A stretch of DNA of 64,000 nt, taken from assembly GCA_965267575.1 (NCBI GenBank), contig OZ254086.1, positions 800,001 through 864,000 on the forward strand, given 5' to 3'. The notes under the pieces are model-generated. The model was not told the origin of the DNA, made no database searches, and saw only the letters and a program-made list of their open reading frames with translations. The stretch is from Calditrichales bacterium. Lineage in GTDB: Bacteria > Calditrichota > Calditrichia > Calditrichales > J004. Below, one piece after another: positions 1-8,052 of this stretch; position 1 is the stretch's first letter, and the number at the start of each line of letters is the position of its first letter. The position numbers and the translations under genes were made by a program.

Positions 1-2
1 AC

Positions 3-818
3 CTAAAAGCTCGCGATGGCCAGCGGCGTTAACAACAAGGGGTGCTGCGGCAGGAGAATCTCGTAGTTTGGAAGCTCGCGGCGGAAGATGTCGGCGCTGC
101 CGGGGAAAAGAAATGTGCCGCCGGTGAGATAGATTTTCTCCACAGGATGTGGCTTAACATGGATGCGGGCGATATCGCTTAGCTTTTCAAATACCGGAGT
201 GACCACATTCAGGTAGTCGCCGTTTTGAGTGCTGCGTTTCAGCTGTTCGGCCTCATCAAAAGGGATGCGCAGGTTGCCGGCCAGCGTCAGCGTAACATGC
301 TCGCCGCCACCCGGCTCATCCGCGGAATAAATGACTTTTCCGTCCTCAAGAATAGCCACGCCGGTGGTGCCGCCACCCACATCCACTACTGCGGCGCGCG
401 CATCGGGCAGCAGCCGCGCCACGCAGGACGGCTCATCTTCCACATGCAGCACATCGCGTCCGGCAGATTCTATGACATTGGTGGAAAGCCTGGCGTCCGT
501 ACCGGGCGGGTAGCTGGTGGCAACGGACGTAATCTCAACAGCGCATTTTTGCTCAATCTTTCCCAGCAGTTTCTTCACAATTTGCGTAGCGCCATGATAA
601 TCCACAACGACGCCATCGCGCACTACGCGTGCCCATTCCAGAAAAGCCGCATACGGATGGCTTTTTTCGTCAACGAGCATCGCCACGATACTGGCCGTGC
701 CTAAATCAACGCCAACACGCCAGTTTTCCGGCGCCTTGACGGGATCTTCTTTATTTAAAATGGAAGTGGCTGTTTTGAGATGGGCGTTTATCTGCTGCCA
801 GGGGTCCATGCCGCTCAT
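3..818 (-). CDS. eutJ: Ethanolamine utilization protein EutJ (actin/Hsp70-like ATPase of BMC loci)
   Basis: GVDLGTASIV and VVDVGGGTTG phosphate loops, VVRDGVVVDY, PPGTD, YSADEPGGG and PLLLTPLAIA are EutJ signatures; start overlaps the eutE stop (ATGA); TAG stop at 3-5. Confidence 0.93.
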   Translation of the reverse strand: MSGMDPWQQINAHLKTATSILNKEDPVKAPENWRVGVDLGTASIVAMLVDEKSHPYAAFLEWARVVRDGVVVDYHGATQIVKKLLGKIEQKCAVEITSVATSYPPGTDARLSTNVIESAGRDVLHVEDEPSCVARLLPDARAAVVDVGGGTTGVAILEDGKVIYSADEPGGGEHVTLTLAGNLRIPFDEAEQLKRSTQNGDYLNVVTPVFEKLSDIARIHVKPHPVEKIYLTGGTFLFPGSADIFRRELPNYEILLPQHPLLLTPLAIASF

Positions 819-2230
819 ACAATACGGAAATTATCAACAAGCACGCAGCGCCGCAGCCGCACAAATGTGCGCGCGGAGGTAACGCCTTCACCGGTGGGTG
901 TGGTGATGGTCATCGAGGTGGAGCCTTCGCCGCCAAAACCGAGCCCGGCATAGTTGGGGCCGTTTTTAACAAAGATGCTGCAGTTGATTTCGTTGGCCAT
1001 GCGGTCCAGGTTATCCAGGTTTTTGGAGTACATCACTGCCGTGTGGCGATTGCCTTTTTCCAGCTCTACGGCCACGTCGATGGCCGTATCGGCGTCGGGG
1101 ACGCGCACCAGCGAAATCACCGGCATCATCAGCTCTTTTACGGCAAAAGGATGGTCCTTGTCGGTTTCCACGAAAAGGAGACGGGTACCTTCGGGTACTT
1201 TCAGGTCAATTTGTTTGGCGATCAGGTCGGCGTTTTTTCCGATCCAGTCACGGTGTGGTGTGGCATCGCGGTTGGGATAATTGTTCATGATAATGGTACC
1301 GAGGCGATCGGCCTGGTCCGCCGTCAGCTCATAAGCGCCGTTTTTGACCATCTCTTCTTTCAGCCTGTCAGCAATCGAATCAACCGCAATGATCTCTTTC
1401 TCGCAGGTGCACATAATGTTGTTGTCAAAGGAGCTGCCATCGACGATGCCTTTTCCGGCGCGGGCCAGGTCGGCGGTTTCATCAACCACTACTGGGGGGT
1501 TACCCGGTCCGGCGGCCATCAGGCGTTTGTCGGTCACCTTTCTCGCGGCCTTAACCACCCCGCCGCCACCGGTCACCACAAGCAAATCGATGCCGGGATA
1601 AACAAACAGCTCCTGTGCCGCCTCAATGGAAGGTTCTTCGATAGTGGTCAGTACGGAATCCGGACCACCCGCCGAAGCGATCGCCTCATTAAGAATAGTA
1701 ATGGCCCGCTGGCACACCCGTTTGGCGCTGGGATGCACGGCAAAAAGAACCGCGTTGCCGGCCGCAACCATGCTGATCGAGTTATTGATGATAGTCGCCC
1801 CGGGATTAGTGGACGGCGTCACCGAAGCAATCACGCCCCAGGCGGCGTTTTCAACCAGCGTCAAACCGTGATCGCCGGTCATAGCCAGCGGCTGCAGATC
1901 CTCGAGGCCCGGCGTTTTATGGGCCTGTACGAGATTCTTTTGCGTCTTTGTCTCCACGCGCCCCAGGCCTGTTTCGGCCACGGCGATTTCGGCCAGCTCT
2001 TTGGCATGCTTTACGGAAGCATCACGCATGGCCTGGATCGCTTTGGCGCGGAATTCCAGGTTGCGCAGGCTCTTTTGGGCGTTCTTTGCCGCTTCAAAAG
2101 CCTGGTCCAGCGTGGGGAAAATACCGGCGGGCAGACTGCCCGTGGAACTGCCGCGACGGGCATCCGTGCTTTCCAGGCGCTGAACGACTTTTTCAACGAT
2201 ATTGTTGATTTCGTTGGCCGATAGACTCAT
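815..2230 (-). CDS. eutE: CoA-acylating aldehyde dehydrogenase, EutE/PduP family, with N-terminal encapsulation peptide
   Basis: TPSTNP, VTGGGGVVKAA, AAGPGNPPVVVDETAD, SFDNNIMCTCEKE (catalytic Cys), ELMMP and TPTGEG motifs; N-terminal amphipathic EINNIVEKVVQRL. Confidence 0.93.
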   Translation of the reverse strand: MSLSANEINNIVEKVVQRLESTDARRGSSTGSLPAGIFPTLDQAFEAAKNAQKSLRNLEFRAKAIQAMRDASVKHAKELAEIAVAETGLGRVETKTQKNLVQAHKTPGLEDLQPLAMTGDHGLTLVENAAWGVIASVTPSTNPGATIINNSISMVAAGNAVLFAVHPSAKRVCQRAITILNEAIASAGGPDSVLTTIEEPSIEAAQELFVYPGIDLLVVTGGGGVVKAARKVTDKRLMAAGPGNPPVVVDETADLARAGKGIVDGSSFDNNIMCTCEKEIIAVDSIADRLKEEMVKNGAYELTADQADRLGTIIMNNYPNRDATPHRDWIGKNADLIAKQIDLKVPEGTRLLFVETDKDHPFAVKELMMPVISLVRVPDADTAIDVAVELEKGNRHTAVMYSKNLDNLDRMANEINCSIFVKNGPNYAGLGFGGEGSTSMTITTPTGEGVTSARTFVRLRRCVLVDNFRIV

Positions 2231-2259
2231 GAGGATTTCCCGGAGTTAGTCCGTGAAGT

Positions 2260-2550
2260 TTACTTTTTCTTTGCAGCCGGCAGCTTGATTGGGAAAATAT
2301 CTTCCAGATCGCCGTGCGGGCGCGGGATAACGTGTACCGCAACCAGCTCACCAACGCGTTCGGCTGCAGCAGCTCCGGCATCGGTGGCCGCTTTACAGGC
2401 AGCAACGTCGCCGCGTACCAGGGCCGTTACATAACCGGCGCCGATCTGGGCGTAGCCAACCAATTGTACACGGGCCGCTTTAACCATGGCATCCGAAGCT
2501 TCGATCAAGCCAACCAGACCCTTGGTTTCAATCATTCCTAATGCTTCCAT
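2260..2550 (-). CDS. BMC-H hexameric shell protein (EutM/PduA-like), copy 2
   Basis: [11 protein letters not shown]...DAMVKAA...[15 protein letters not shown]...HVIPRPH; ATG at 2550 with GGAG RBS (the ORF track's 2574 start is an upstream extension). Confidence 0.95.
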   Translation of the reverse strand: MEALGMIETKGLVGLIEASDAMVKAARVQLVGYAQIGAGYVTALVRGDVAACKAATDAGAAAAERVGELVAVHVIPRPHGDLEDIFPIKLPAAKKK

Positions 2551-2560
2551 TTCCGTCTCC

Positions 2561-2848
2561 TTATTCGATCTCACCGGTTAATTTAATGGGATACATATCT
2601 TCCAGTTCGCCATGCGGGCGCGGAATAACATGCACGGATACCAGCTCACCGACACGTTCGGCAGCAGCAGCTCCGGCATCGGTGGCCGCTTTGCAGGCAG
2701 CCACATCGCCGCGCACAAGAGCCGTTACGTAACCGGCGCCGATCTGCTTGTACCCCACAAGCTTCACACGGGCCGCTTTAACCATGGCGTCCGATGCTTC
2801 AATCAGCGCAACAAGACCCTTGGTTTCAATCATGCCTAATGCTTCCAT
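2561..2848 (-). CDS. BMC-H hexameric shell protein (EutM/PduA-like), copy 1
   Basis: Same BMC-H motifs; near-identical to the adjacent copy; AAGGAG RBS. Confidence 0.95.
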   Translation of the reverse strand: MEALGMIETKGLVALIEASDAMVKAARVKLVGYKQIGAGYVTALVRGDVAACKAATDAGAAAAERVGELVSVHVIPRPHGELEDMYPIKLTGEIE

Positions 2849-2863
2849 AGAAGTCTCCTTTTG

Positions 2864-3859
2864 TCAGGCCTGTACATTTTCAGAATTAATTTTAAGATAC
2901 GACGCAGCCAACACCTGCCGCACAATACTCTCCGGCGTACTCTGAACCGGCAGCAGCTGCCAGGAATGACGCAAGCCCACGGTCAGCGGCCCGATGGATG
3001 TATACCCGGCCAGATGCTCCGTCATTTTCTGGGCAATGTTGGCGGATTCTAAAGTTGGAAAAATAAACACATTAGCATTGCCTTTCAAGCGCGCAGCCGG
3101 GGCTTTTTTTTGGGCGACGCTTTGCAGCAGGGCCGTATCAAACTGCAATTCACCGTCGGCCAGCAGGCCGGGGTGATTGTTTTGCAGCCAGCGAGCGGCC
3201 TGTTGCACTTTTTCAACACGGGGATGCTGCGCGCTGCCTTTGCTGGAAAAACTCAGTAACGCCACACGTGGGTCTTCATCCGTAATTTGGCGAAAAGCTT
3301 TGGCCGTGTTGATGGCGATGTGTCCCAGCGCCGGAGGATCGGGATTGACATTCAGGCTGCAGTCACCAAAAGCGTAACTGCGTTGCCCGTCGGGTGAAAT
3401 CATCAGGTAGAAAGCACTGGCCAGCCCGGAAGCAGGATCCACCTCCAACTGCTTCAAGCCATAACGAAACACTTTTTGTGGCTTCGACTGATTCCCGCCT
3501 AAAACGACATCGCAATGCCCGTGGCGCAGGCTGGCGGCGGCCACATTCCAGGGATCGCTGAAAAGACGCTCTGCATCCTGGCGGGTAGCGCCTTTATGGC
3601 GGTTTTCACGCAGGTACTGCTCGATGTAAGGCTGTACGTGGCGCGGTTGCCTGGAGTGAATCACTTTGAGCCCGCGTGTATTTATGCCCAGATCGCGTAA
3701 TTCATAGGGACCGCCCAGAAGTTCCGGCTGTGCCAGACCTTCATCGGCAAGCAAGCGCGCGGCCTGTAAAACACGGATATCTGCTGCTTCGGCAAACAAC
3801 ACGCGCTGCGGCTTCTGGCGGCAGGTGTTCTCGATACGGTTCCAGTAGGCGGGCAGCAC
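2864..3859 (-). CDS. Phosphate acetyltransferase (Pta/EutD) family protein, apparently lacking catalytic residues
   Basis: D.RVLQAA, FGDCSLNVNP, VALLSFSSKGSA, DGELQFDTA, ANVFIFPTLESANI; the canonical DLSRG..DI segment reads LLPVQSTPESI. Confidence 0.85.
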   Translation of the reverse strand: MLPAYWNRIENTCRQKPQRVLFAEAADIRVLQAARLLADEGLAQPELLGGPYELRDLGINTRGLKVIHSRQPRHVQPYIEQYLRENRHKGATRQDAERLFSDPWNVAAASLRHGHCDVVLGGNQSKPQKVFRYGLKQLEVDPASGLASAFYLMISPDGQRSYAFGDCSLNVNPDPPALGHIAINTAKAFRQITDEDPRVALLSFSSKGSAQHPRVEKVQQAARWLQNNHPGLLADGELQFDTALLQSVAQKKAPAARLKGNANVFIFPTLESANIAQKMTEHLAGYTSIGPLTVGLRHSWQLLPVQSTPESIVRQVLAASYLKINSENVQA

Positions 3860-3862
3860 AGT

Positions 3863-4135
3863 CTATTCGCGCTCCTTCAAAATATCGCGCACCGCTTTTT
3901 CTACTTTGACCCGGCTCATGTTGGGACTCTTTAAACGGACCAATACCTCATCGACGATCCTTTGCATGTCACGGTAGCCCACTTTTTCCGTGGCCGATTC
4001 CAGCAGCTCCACACCCAGTTGTTCAGCGCGCTCACGGGCCTGCGGCGTCACGATCTGCCCGGCAGCAACCTCCAGCTTCAGTTGATGCGCGGCATGCACC
4101 TGCTCAATCGTTTCCGCTGATATCAGTTTTTTCAT
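3863..4135 (-). CDS. Small BMC-associated protein resembling the N-terminal domain of EutQ (no cupin), with encapsulation-peptide-like helices
   Basis: MKKLISAETI...IVTPQARERAEQLGV resembles the EutQ N-terminus (MKKLITA...IITP.ARE.A..LG); MQRIVDEVLVRL and VEKAVRDIL helices; ATG at 4135 with AAAGGG RBS. Confidence 0.65.
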   Translation of the reverse strand: MKKLISAETIEQVHAAHQLKLEVAAGQIVTPQARERAEQLGVELLESATEKVGYRDMQRIVDEVLVRLKSPNMSRVKVEKAVRDILKERE

Positions 4136-4151
4136 GTCATTTCCCTTTTTC

Positions 4152-4336
4152 AACCACAGGGCACACAGAGTACGTCACAGAGGGCACGGAGAAAGAAAAA
4201 TTATTTCAAAATAAAAACCTGTGTTTGCTCTGTATCCCCCGTGATTTCTCTGCAAAGCCGCGATTCTATTCTTTAAAAATTTTTATCTCTTTTTATCTCA
4301 GTGTCCTCTGTGCAGCACTCTGAGTCCTCTGCGGTT
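4152..4336. repeat. CACAGAG-based inverted-repeat (hairpin) unit A
   Basis: Arm 4152-4192 aaccacagggcacacagagtacgtcacagagggcacggaga pairs with arm 4296-4336 (reverse complement aaccgcagaggactcagagtgctgcacagaggacactgaga), 32/41 identical by hand count; AT-rich loop with a degenerate extra arm near 4227-4265. Confidence 0.85.
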
Positions 4337-4351
4337 TCCGACGGTTTGCCC

Positions 4352-4735
4352 CTACAGGATGATCCGCTTAATGCCGCTTTTCAATCGTTCCACTTTAAAA
4401 TTTATTAATAATCCGATCTTACACCCTGTGGCTCTAAGATATGTTAAAATCTGCGCATCATAAACCGGATGCAGATTTTCAACACATTTTAGTTCAAGCA
4501 CTACGGAATTCTCAACCAAAAAATCCAGGCGATGTTCTCCTACCATGTGTCCTTTGTAACTCAAAGGAATAGGCATTTGTTGTTTATATCCAATTTGTTG
4601 AATCTCGAATTCGCGGGCAAGAGCGTTCTCATAAACACTCTCCAAAAGCCCCGGACCCAAAGTCGAGTGCACTTCTATGGCACATCCGATAATTCTGTGA
4701 GTCAATTCTTTTAAAGGATATTTTTCTTCTGCCAT
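4352..4735 (-). CDS. GxxExxY protein (PD-(D/E)XK nuclease superfamily)
   Basis: IIGCAIEVH..LGPGLLESVY, RLDFLVE..VVLELK, AQILTYL, GLLINF; 127 aa from ATG 4735. Confidence 0.93.
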   Translation of the reverse strand: MAEEKYPLKELTHRIIGCAIEVHSTLGPGLLESVYENALAREFEIQQIGYKQQMPIPLSYKGHMVGEHRLDFLVENSVVLELKCVENLHPVYDAQILTYLRATGCKIGLLINFKVERLKSGIKRIIL

Positions 4736-4744
4736 CTTTTTTTT

Positions 4745-4867
4745 AGCCACAGAGGGCGCAGAGTACAGCACAGAGAACACAGAGCAAATACAAAGAAAAG
4801 TTTATTTAAAAAAAAGAAACCTATTTCTCTGTGGCCTCTGTGAAAATCCTCTGTGCCCTCTGTGGTT
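4745..4867. repeat. CACAGAG-based inverted-repeat (hairpin) unit B
   Basis: Arm 4745-4784 agccacagagggcgcagagtacagcacagagaacacagag pairs with arm 4827-4867 ctctgtggcctctgtgaaaatcctctgtgccctctgtggtt; A-rich loop similar to unit A. Confidence 0.88.
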
Positions 4868-4872
4868 TTCCG

Positions 4873-5640
4873 TTACCTCAGCCCCAGACGAGACATTATC
4901 TCCAGAGCCAGTTCGGCATACTCTTTGGCGCCGCTGGCCGACGGGTTTTTATGGATGATCGGTTTTTGTGCGTCGAAGGCCTCTACCAGTTTGCTGTTCA
5001 CACCAATGGCCGTTTCGAACACATCCTTGCCAAAGCGCTCACGCAGGTGGTTCAACACATCGTGCGCCACTCGGGTACGCCGGTCGAATTGCGTGCCGAA
5101 GTAGCCCAGGATCTTGAGCCGTGGATTTAACCGCCGCTGTACCTTGGCGACAGACTTCAGCGTCAGCTCCAACCCGGTTAAGGCGAGGTACTGCGTCTGC
5201 ACGGGTATCAGCACAAACTGCGCGATGGCCAGCGCGTTGAGTCCCAGCGAGCCCATATTGGGCGGGCTGTCAAATAAAATGATATCATAGCCCCGCGGCA
5301 AATTGTTTTTAGTCAGGAAAAATTCGCTCTCCTGTTCTTGCAGCATCTCATCGTAAAAATCGCTCAACGAAGGTTCAGACGGCAGGCAAAACAGGTTATC
5401 GTAACGGGTGGGATAAATGAATTCACCCAACGGTTTTGTTTTGGTTACGATGAAATCGCATAGTGTGGCAATGCCGCTTTCGGCATGGTTAAAACCCAGG
5501 TGAATGGATGCGCTCGCCGCGGGATCGAGATCAATCACCAGCGTTTTATAGCCGGCCTGGGCAAAGCAGGCCGCCAGGTTTACGACGCTGGTGGTTTTGC
5601 CGACGCCGCCTTTGTTGTTTAGCACCACGACGGTTTTCAT
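4873..5640 (-). CDS. ParA/Soj-family ATPase (candidate BMC-positioning ATPase)
   Basis: Deviant Walker A NNKGGVGKTT, LVIDLDP, ILFDSPP, IPVQTQYLAL, FDRRT DNA-binding patch; no parB in the window. Confidence 0.92.
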   Translation of the reverse strand: MKTVVVLNNKGGVGKTTSVVNLAACFAQAGYKTLVIDLDPAASASIHLGFNHAESGIATLCDFIVTKTKPLGEFIYPTRYDNLFCLPSEPSLSDFYDEMLQEQESEFFLTKNNLPRGYDIILFDSPPNMGSLGLNALAIAQFVLIPVQTQYLALTGLELTLKSVAKVQRRLNPRLKILGYFGTQFDRRTRVAHDVLNHLRERFGKDVFETAIGVNSKLVEAFDAQKPIIHKNPSASGAKEYAELALEIMSRLGLR

Positions 5641-5641
5641 A

Positions 5642-6277
5642 TCAACCTCGCTGCGGTAACGGGTAATAAAGCTGCTTCACTTTTTCCACGCGCCCCTCGT
5701 CAATCAACCCTTTAAGCACAACACGCGCCTTTGCCGAATCGAGATTCGTTTCAGTAGCGATTTCTTCCAGTGTCGCGCCATCTTTGCCTGCCCCGAGAAA
5801 CGCCATGATCGCGTCAGCGTTTTCAGTGGGTGTCTCTTGTTTGGGCGGCATTACCGGCGGACCTTTTATGGCTTTTTTCTTTTTGGGCGATCGTTTTTTG
5901 GGTGGACTTTTTTTTGCGGGTTTTGCGGGAGGCGCCGTCTTCCGCGCGGGTGTTACAGGTGGCTTCTTCTCGGTGCCGTCTACCGGGCCTGTCGATACGG
6001 GACCAAGTGTCCCGGCCACAAGCCCCTCCGTATCATCAAATGGTCGCGGGATTACATGTGAGGTCACAAACTGGCCCAGTCTTTCGGCGGCGGCGCGTCC
6101 GGCATCCACGGCGGCCTGAACCGCGCCCAGCTCACCTTCCACGACCACGGTCACCAAACCGGCGCCAACTTCCCGGCGCTGCACGATATGCACTTTGGCC
6201 GCCTTCAACATCGCGTCCGCTGCTTCCAGCGATCCGGTGAGACCCAGCGTTTCCACAAAACCGTAAGATAAAGCCAT
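5642..6277 (-). CDS. BMC-H shell protein with Lys/Pro-rich linker and C-terminal winged HTH (EutK-like architecture)
   Basis: N-terminal BMC domain (GFVETLG...DAMLKAA...HVIPRP); basic linker KKSPPKKRSPKKKK; wHTH-like ATLEEIATETNLDSAKARVVLKGLIDEGRVEK. Confidence 0.85.
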   Translation of the reverse strand: MALSYGFVETLGLTGSLEAADAMLKAAKVHIVQRREVGAGLVTVVVEGELGAVQAAVDAGRAAAERLGQFVTSHVIPRPFDDTEGLVAGTLGPVSTGPVDGTEKKPPVTPARKTAPPAKPAKKSPPKKRSPKKKKAIKGPPVMPPKQETPTENADAIMAFLGAGKDGATLEEIATETNLDSAKARVVLKGLIDEGRVEKVKQLYYPLPQRG

Positions 6278-6347
6278 AGGAATTTCCGTAATAAAAGGGT
6301 GTTAATCTACACAGCCGGATGCATTGCAGGCAAGAACAGGGCTTCTT

Positions 6348-7022
6348 TTATCCTTCGCCGCCCGGCAACGATTGCAGAAAGGCCTCACGGAACGATTCAC
6401 CGACAGGCAGTTTACTCTTCCCGATTACAACGTGGCTGCTGCTGTAAGAGCTGATCTTACGGGTGTTGACAATGTAGGATTTATGGATTCGCCGGAACCA
6501 GGACGGCAGTTTGGCCAGGGCCTGGGACGTCGATTCACGGGCCAGAATTTCCTGCCCCACAGCATGGTAAATCATATAGTTGCCGTCCTTTTGCAGGAAA
6601 AGGACCTCATCGATCTTCACGATATGGCTCTGCGGCCCGCTCTTTATAATAAGCGTTTGGCCGGCTTCTCCCTGCCACGCCTGCAAAGCCTTGCCAACGG
6701 CTTTTGTAAATCTCTCCAGGCTGATGGGTTTAAGCAGGTAGTCCAGCGCCTGCACATCATAACTATCCACGGCGAACTCGGCATGGGCGGTAGTAAAAAT
6801 GATTTTCGTCTCCGAAGCAATCATCTGCGACAGCGCCAGGCCCGAAATATCCGGCATGTTGATGTCCAGGAACACCAGGTCGACCGGATGCTTTCCGAGG
6901 TAGTCGAACGCCTTCAAACCGTTGCGGAAAGTGGCGCTTAGTTCGATGGTGTCAAAATGCTGCAGGTAGCTTTTAAGCAGCTCGATGGCCCGCGGTTCGT
7001 CATCAACGATGATCGCTTGCAT
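6348..7022 (-). CDS. LytTR-family response regulator
   Basis: IVDDEP, FLDINMP, FTTAH, LDYLLKP receiver motifs; FRRIHKSYIVN LytTR motif. Confidence 0.93.
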   Translation of the reverse strand: MQAIIVDDEPRAIELLKSYLQHFDTIELSATFRNGLKAFDYLGKHPVDLVFLDINMPDISGLALSQMIASETKIIFTTAHAEFAVDSYDVQALDYLLKPISLERFTKAVGKALQAWQGEAGQTLIIKSGPQSHIVKIDEVLFLQKDGNYMIYHAVGQEILARESTSQALAKLPSWFRRIHKSYIVNTRKISSYSSSHVVIGKSKLPVGESFREAFLQSLPGGEG

Positions 7023-8052
7023 CGGTCACAATCTCCAGTTTTACGCTAAACGTGTTATTCGCCTCAATCTCCAGGCGGTGTCGCCCGGGATAGATTAACG
7101 TCAGCCGCTTGCGTGTCGCGGCAATCCCCTCACCGCCGCGTTCCGCCGGCAGCGCATCGTGACGGCTGTTTTCCACGGCAAAAACGATGGCATTCGCGGA
7201 AGAGAGGTCAAAATCAATCCTGATAAACGATTTCTTCTCTGGGCGCGCGCCATGTTTGAAAGCATTTTCGACGAAGGGAACAAACAGTCCGGGCTCCACC
7301 CGCTGTTGATCGTATTCTCCGGTAATGTGCAGCTTAAAATCAATCTCGCTTTCTTCAAAGCGCAGCTGCTGCAGGGCAGCATAGTTGCGGATAAAGTCAA
7401 TTTCTCCGGCAACCGGCACCTCGCCATCGCGGGTTTCGTAAACCACGTAACGCAGCAAGGCAGAGAGCCGGTCGATGGAATCGGCCAAAGCAGGGTTTTG
7501 AAGCGGATCGACCATTGACAAAAGGTTATTAAGCACGTTAAAGAGAAAGTGCGGTTGTAGCTGCATGCGCAACAGGGACAACTCGGCTTCTCTTTTTTGC
7601 AAAGTCAGCATCTGCAATTGTTGCTGACCACGCAGCCAGCTTTTACCGATGCCGTAAGTGGACGACACCGCGTAATAGAAAAAGACAATGCCGCCCAAAA
7701 CCGGCGCTGACAAAACAGGCCCCTCGGCGACAACCCGCAGTTCTATCAAAGCCAGTGCGATAATCAATACGATAAAAAACAATGAAACGGATTGAGCAAC
7801 GGTTTTTAGCCGTCGTCCGGTATCGTCGAGACGGGCCAGCAGGGCGCGATTGAGATAGAAGAGTACCATCGATAAAACAACGGTGAGCAAAAGCTGGTAA
7901 ACAAGTTCCGCGCTGCGGCTAATCCATACCCGTTCCTCGCCGTTGATGATCTCCACTTCATGCGCTTCAATAGAAAAAGTTGCTAAAATCAGCCAGGCGC
8001 TGCCCGCCCAAAACACAATATTGAAGGCAATCTCAATCCATTTTCGGTTCAT
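7003..8052 (-). CDS. LytS/YehU-type membrane sensor histidine kinase
   Basis: Four TM segments; QLQPHFLFNVLNN H-box, VENAFKHG, GEGIAATRKRL. Confidence 0.92.
   Translation of the reverse strand: MNRKWIEIAFNIVFWAGSAWLILATFSIEAHEVEIINGEERVWISRSAELVYQLLLTVVLSMVLFYLNRALLARLDDTGRRLKTVAQSVSLFFIVLIIALALIELRVVAEGPVLSAPVLGGIVFFYYAVSSTYGIGKSWLRGQQQLQMLTLQKREAELSLLRMQLQPHFLFNVLNNLLSMVDPLQNPALADSIDRLSALLRYVVYETRDGEVPVAGEIDFIRNYAALQQLRFEESEIDFKLHITGEYDQQRVEPGLFVPFVENAFKHGARPEKKSFIRIDFDLSSANAIVFAVENSRHDALPAERGGEGIAATRKRLTLIYPGRHRLEIEANNTFSVKLEIVTDASDHR

Larger units (their letters stand above)
4152..4867. mobile_element. Putative GxxExxY cassette: nuclease-family gene flanked by two palindromic repeat units, inserted in the BMC operon
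   Basis: Visibly AT-richer than the flanking BMC genes; outer ends AACCACAG...CTGTGGTT are inverted; sits between the parA stop (4873) and the RBS of the next BMC gene; no target-site duplication or transposase seen. Confidence 0.5.

Noticed and set aside
1043-2224. 393-aa plus-strand ORF (similarly 17446-18831, 21436-22362, 24078-25268, 28436-29332)
   Set aside because: Antisense shadows of well-supported genes with no recognisable motifs.
4152-4867. CACAGAG repeats as a CRISPR array or classical IS ends
   Set aside because: Arms alternate in orientation, there are no unique equal-length spacers or cas genes, and there is no DDE/HUH transposase or target duplication.
4873-5640. parA as a chromosome/plasmid partition locus
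   Set aside because: No parB, rep gene or recognisable parS in the window; the gene is embedded in the BMC operon.
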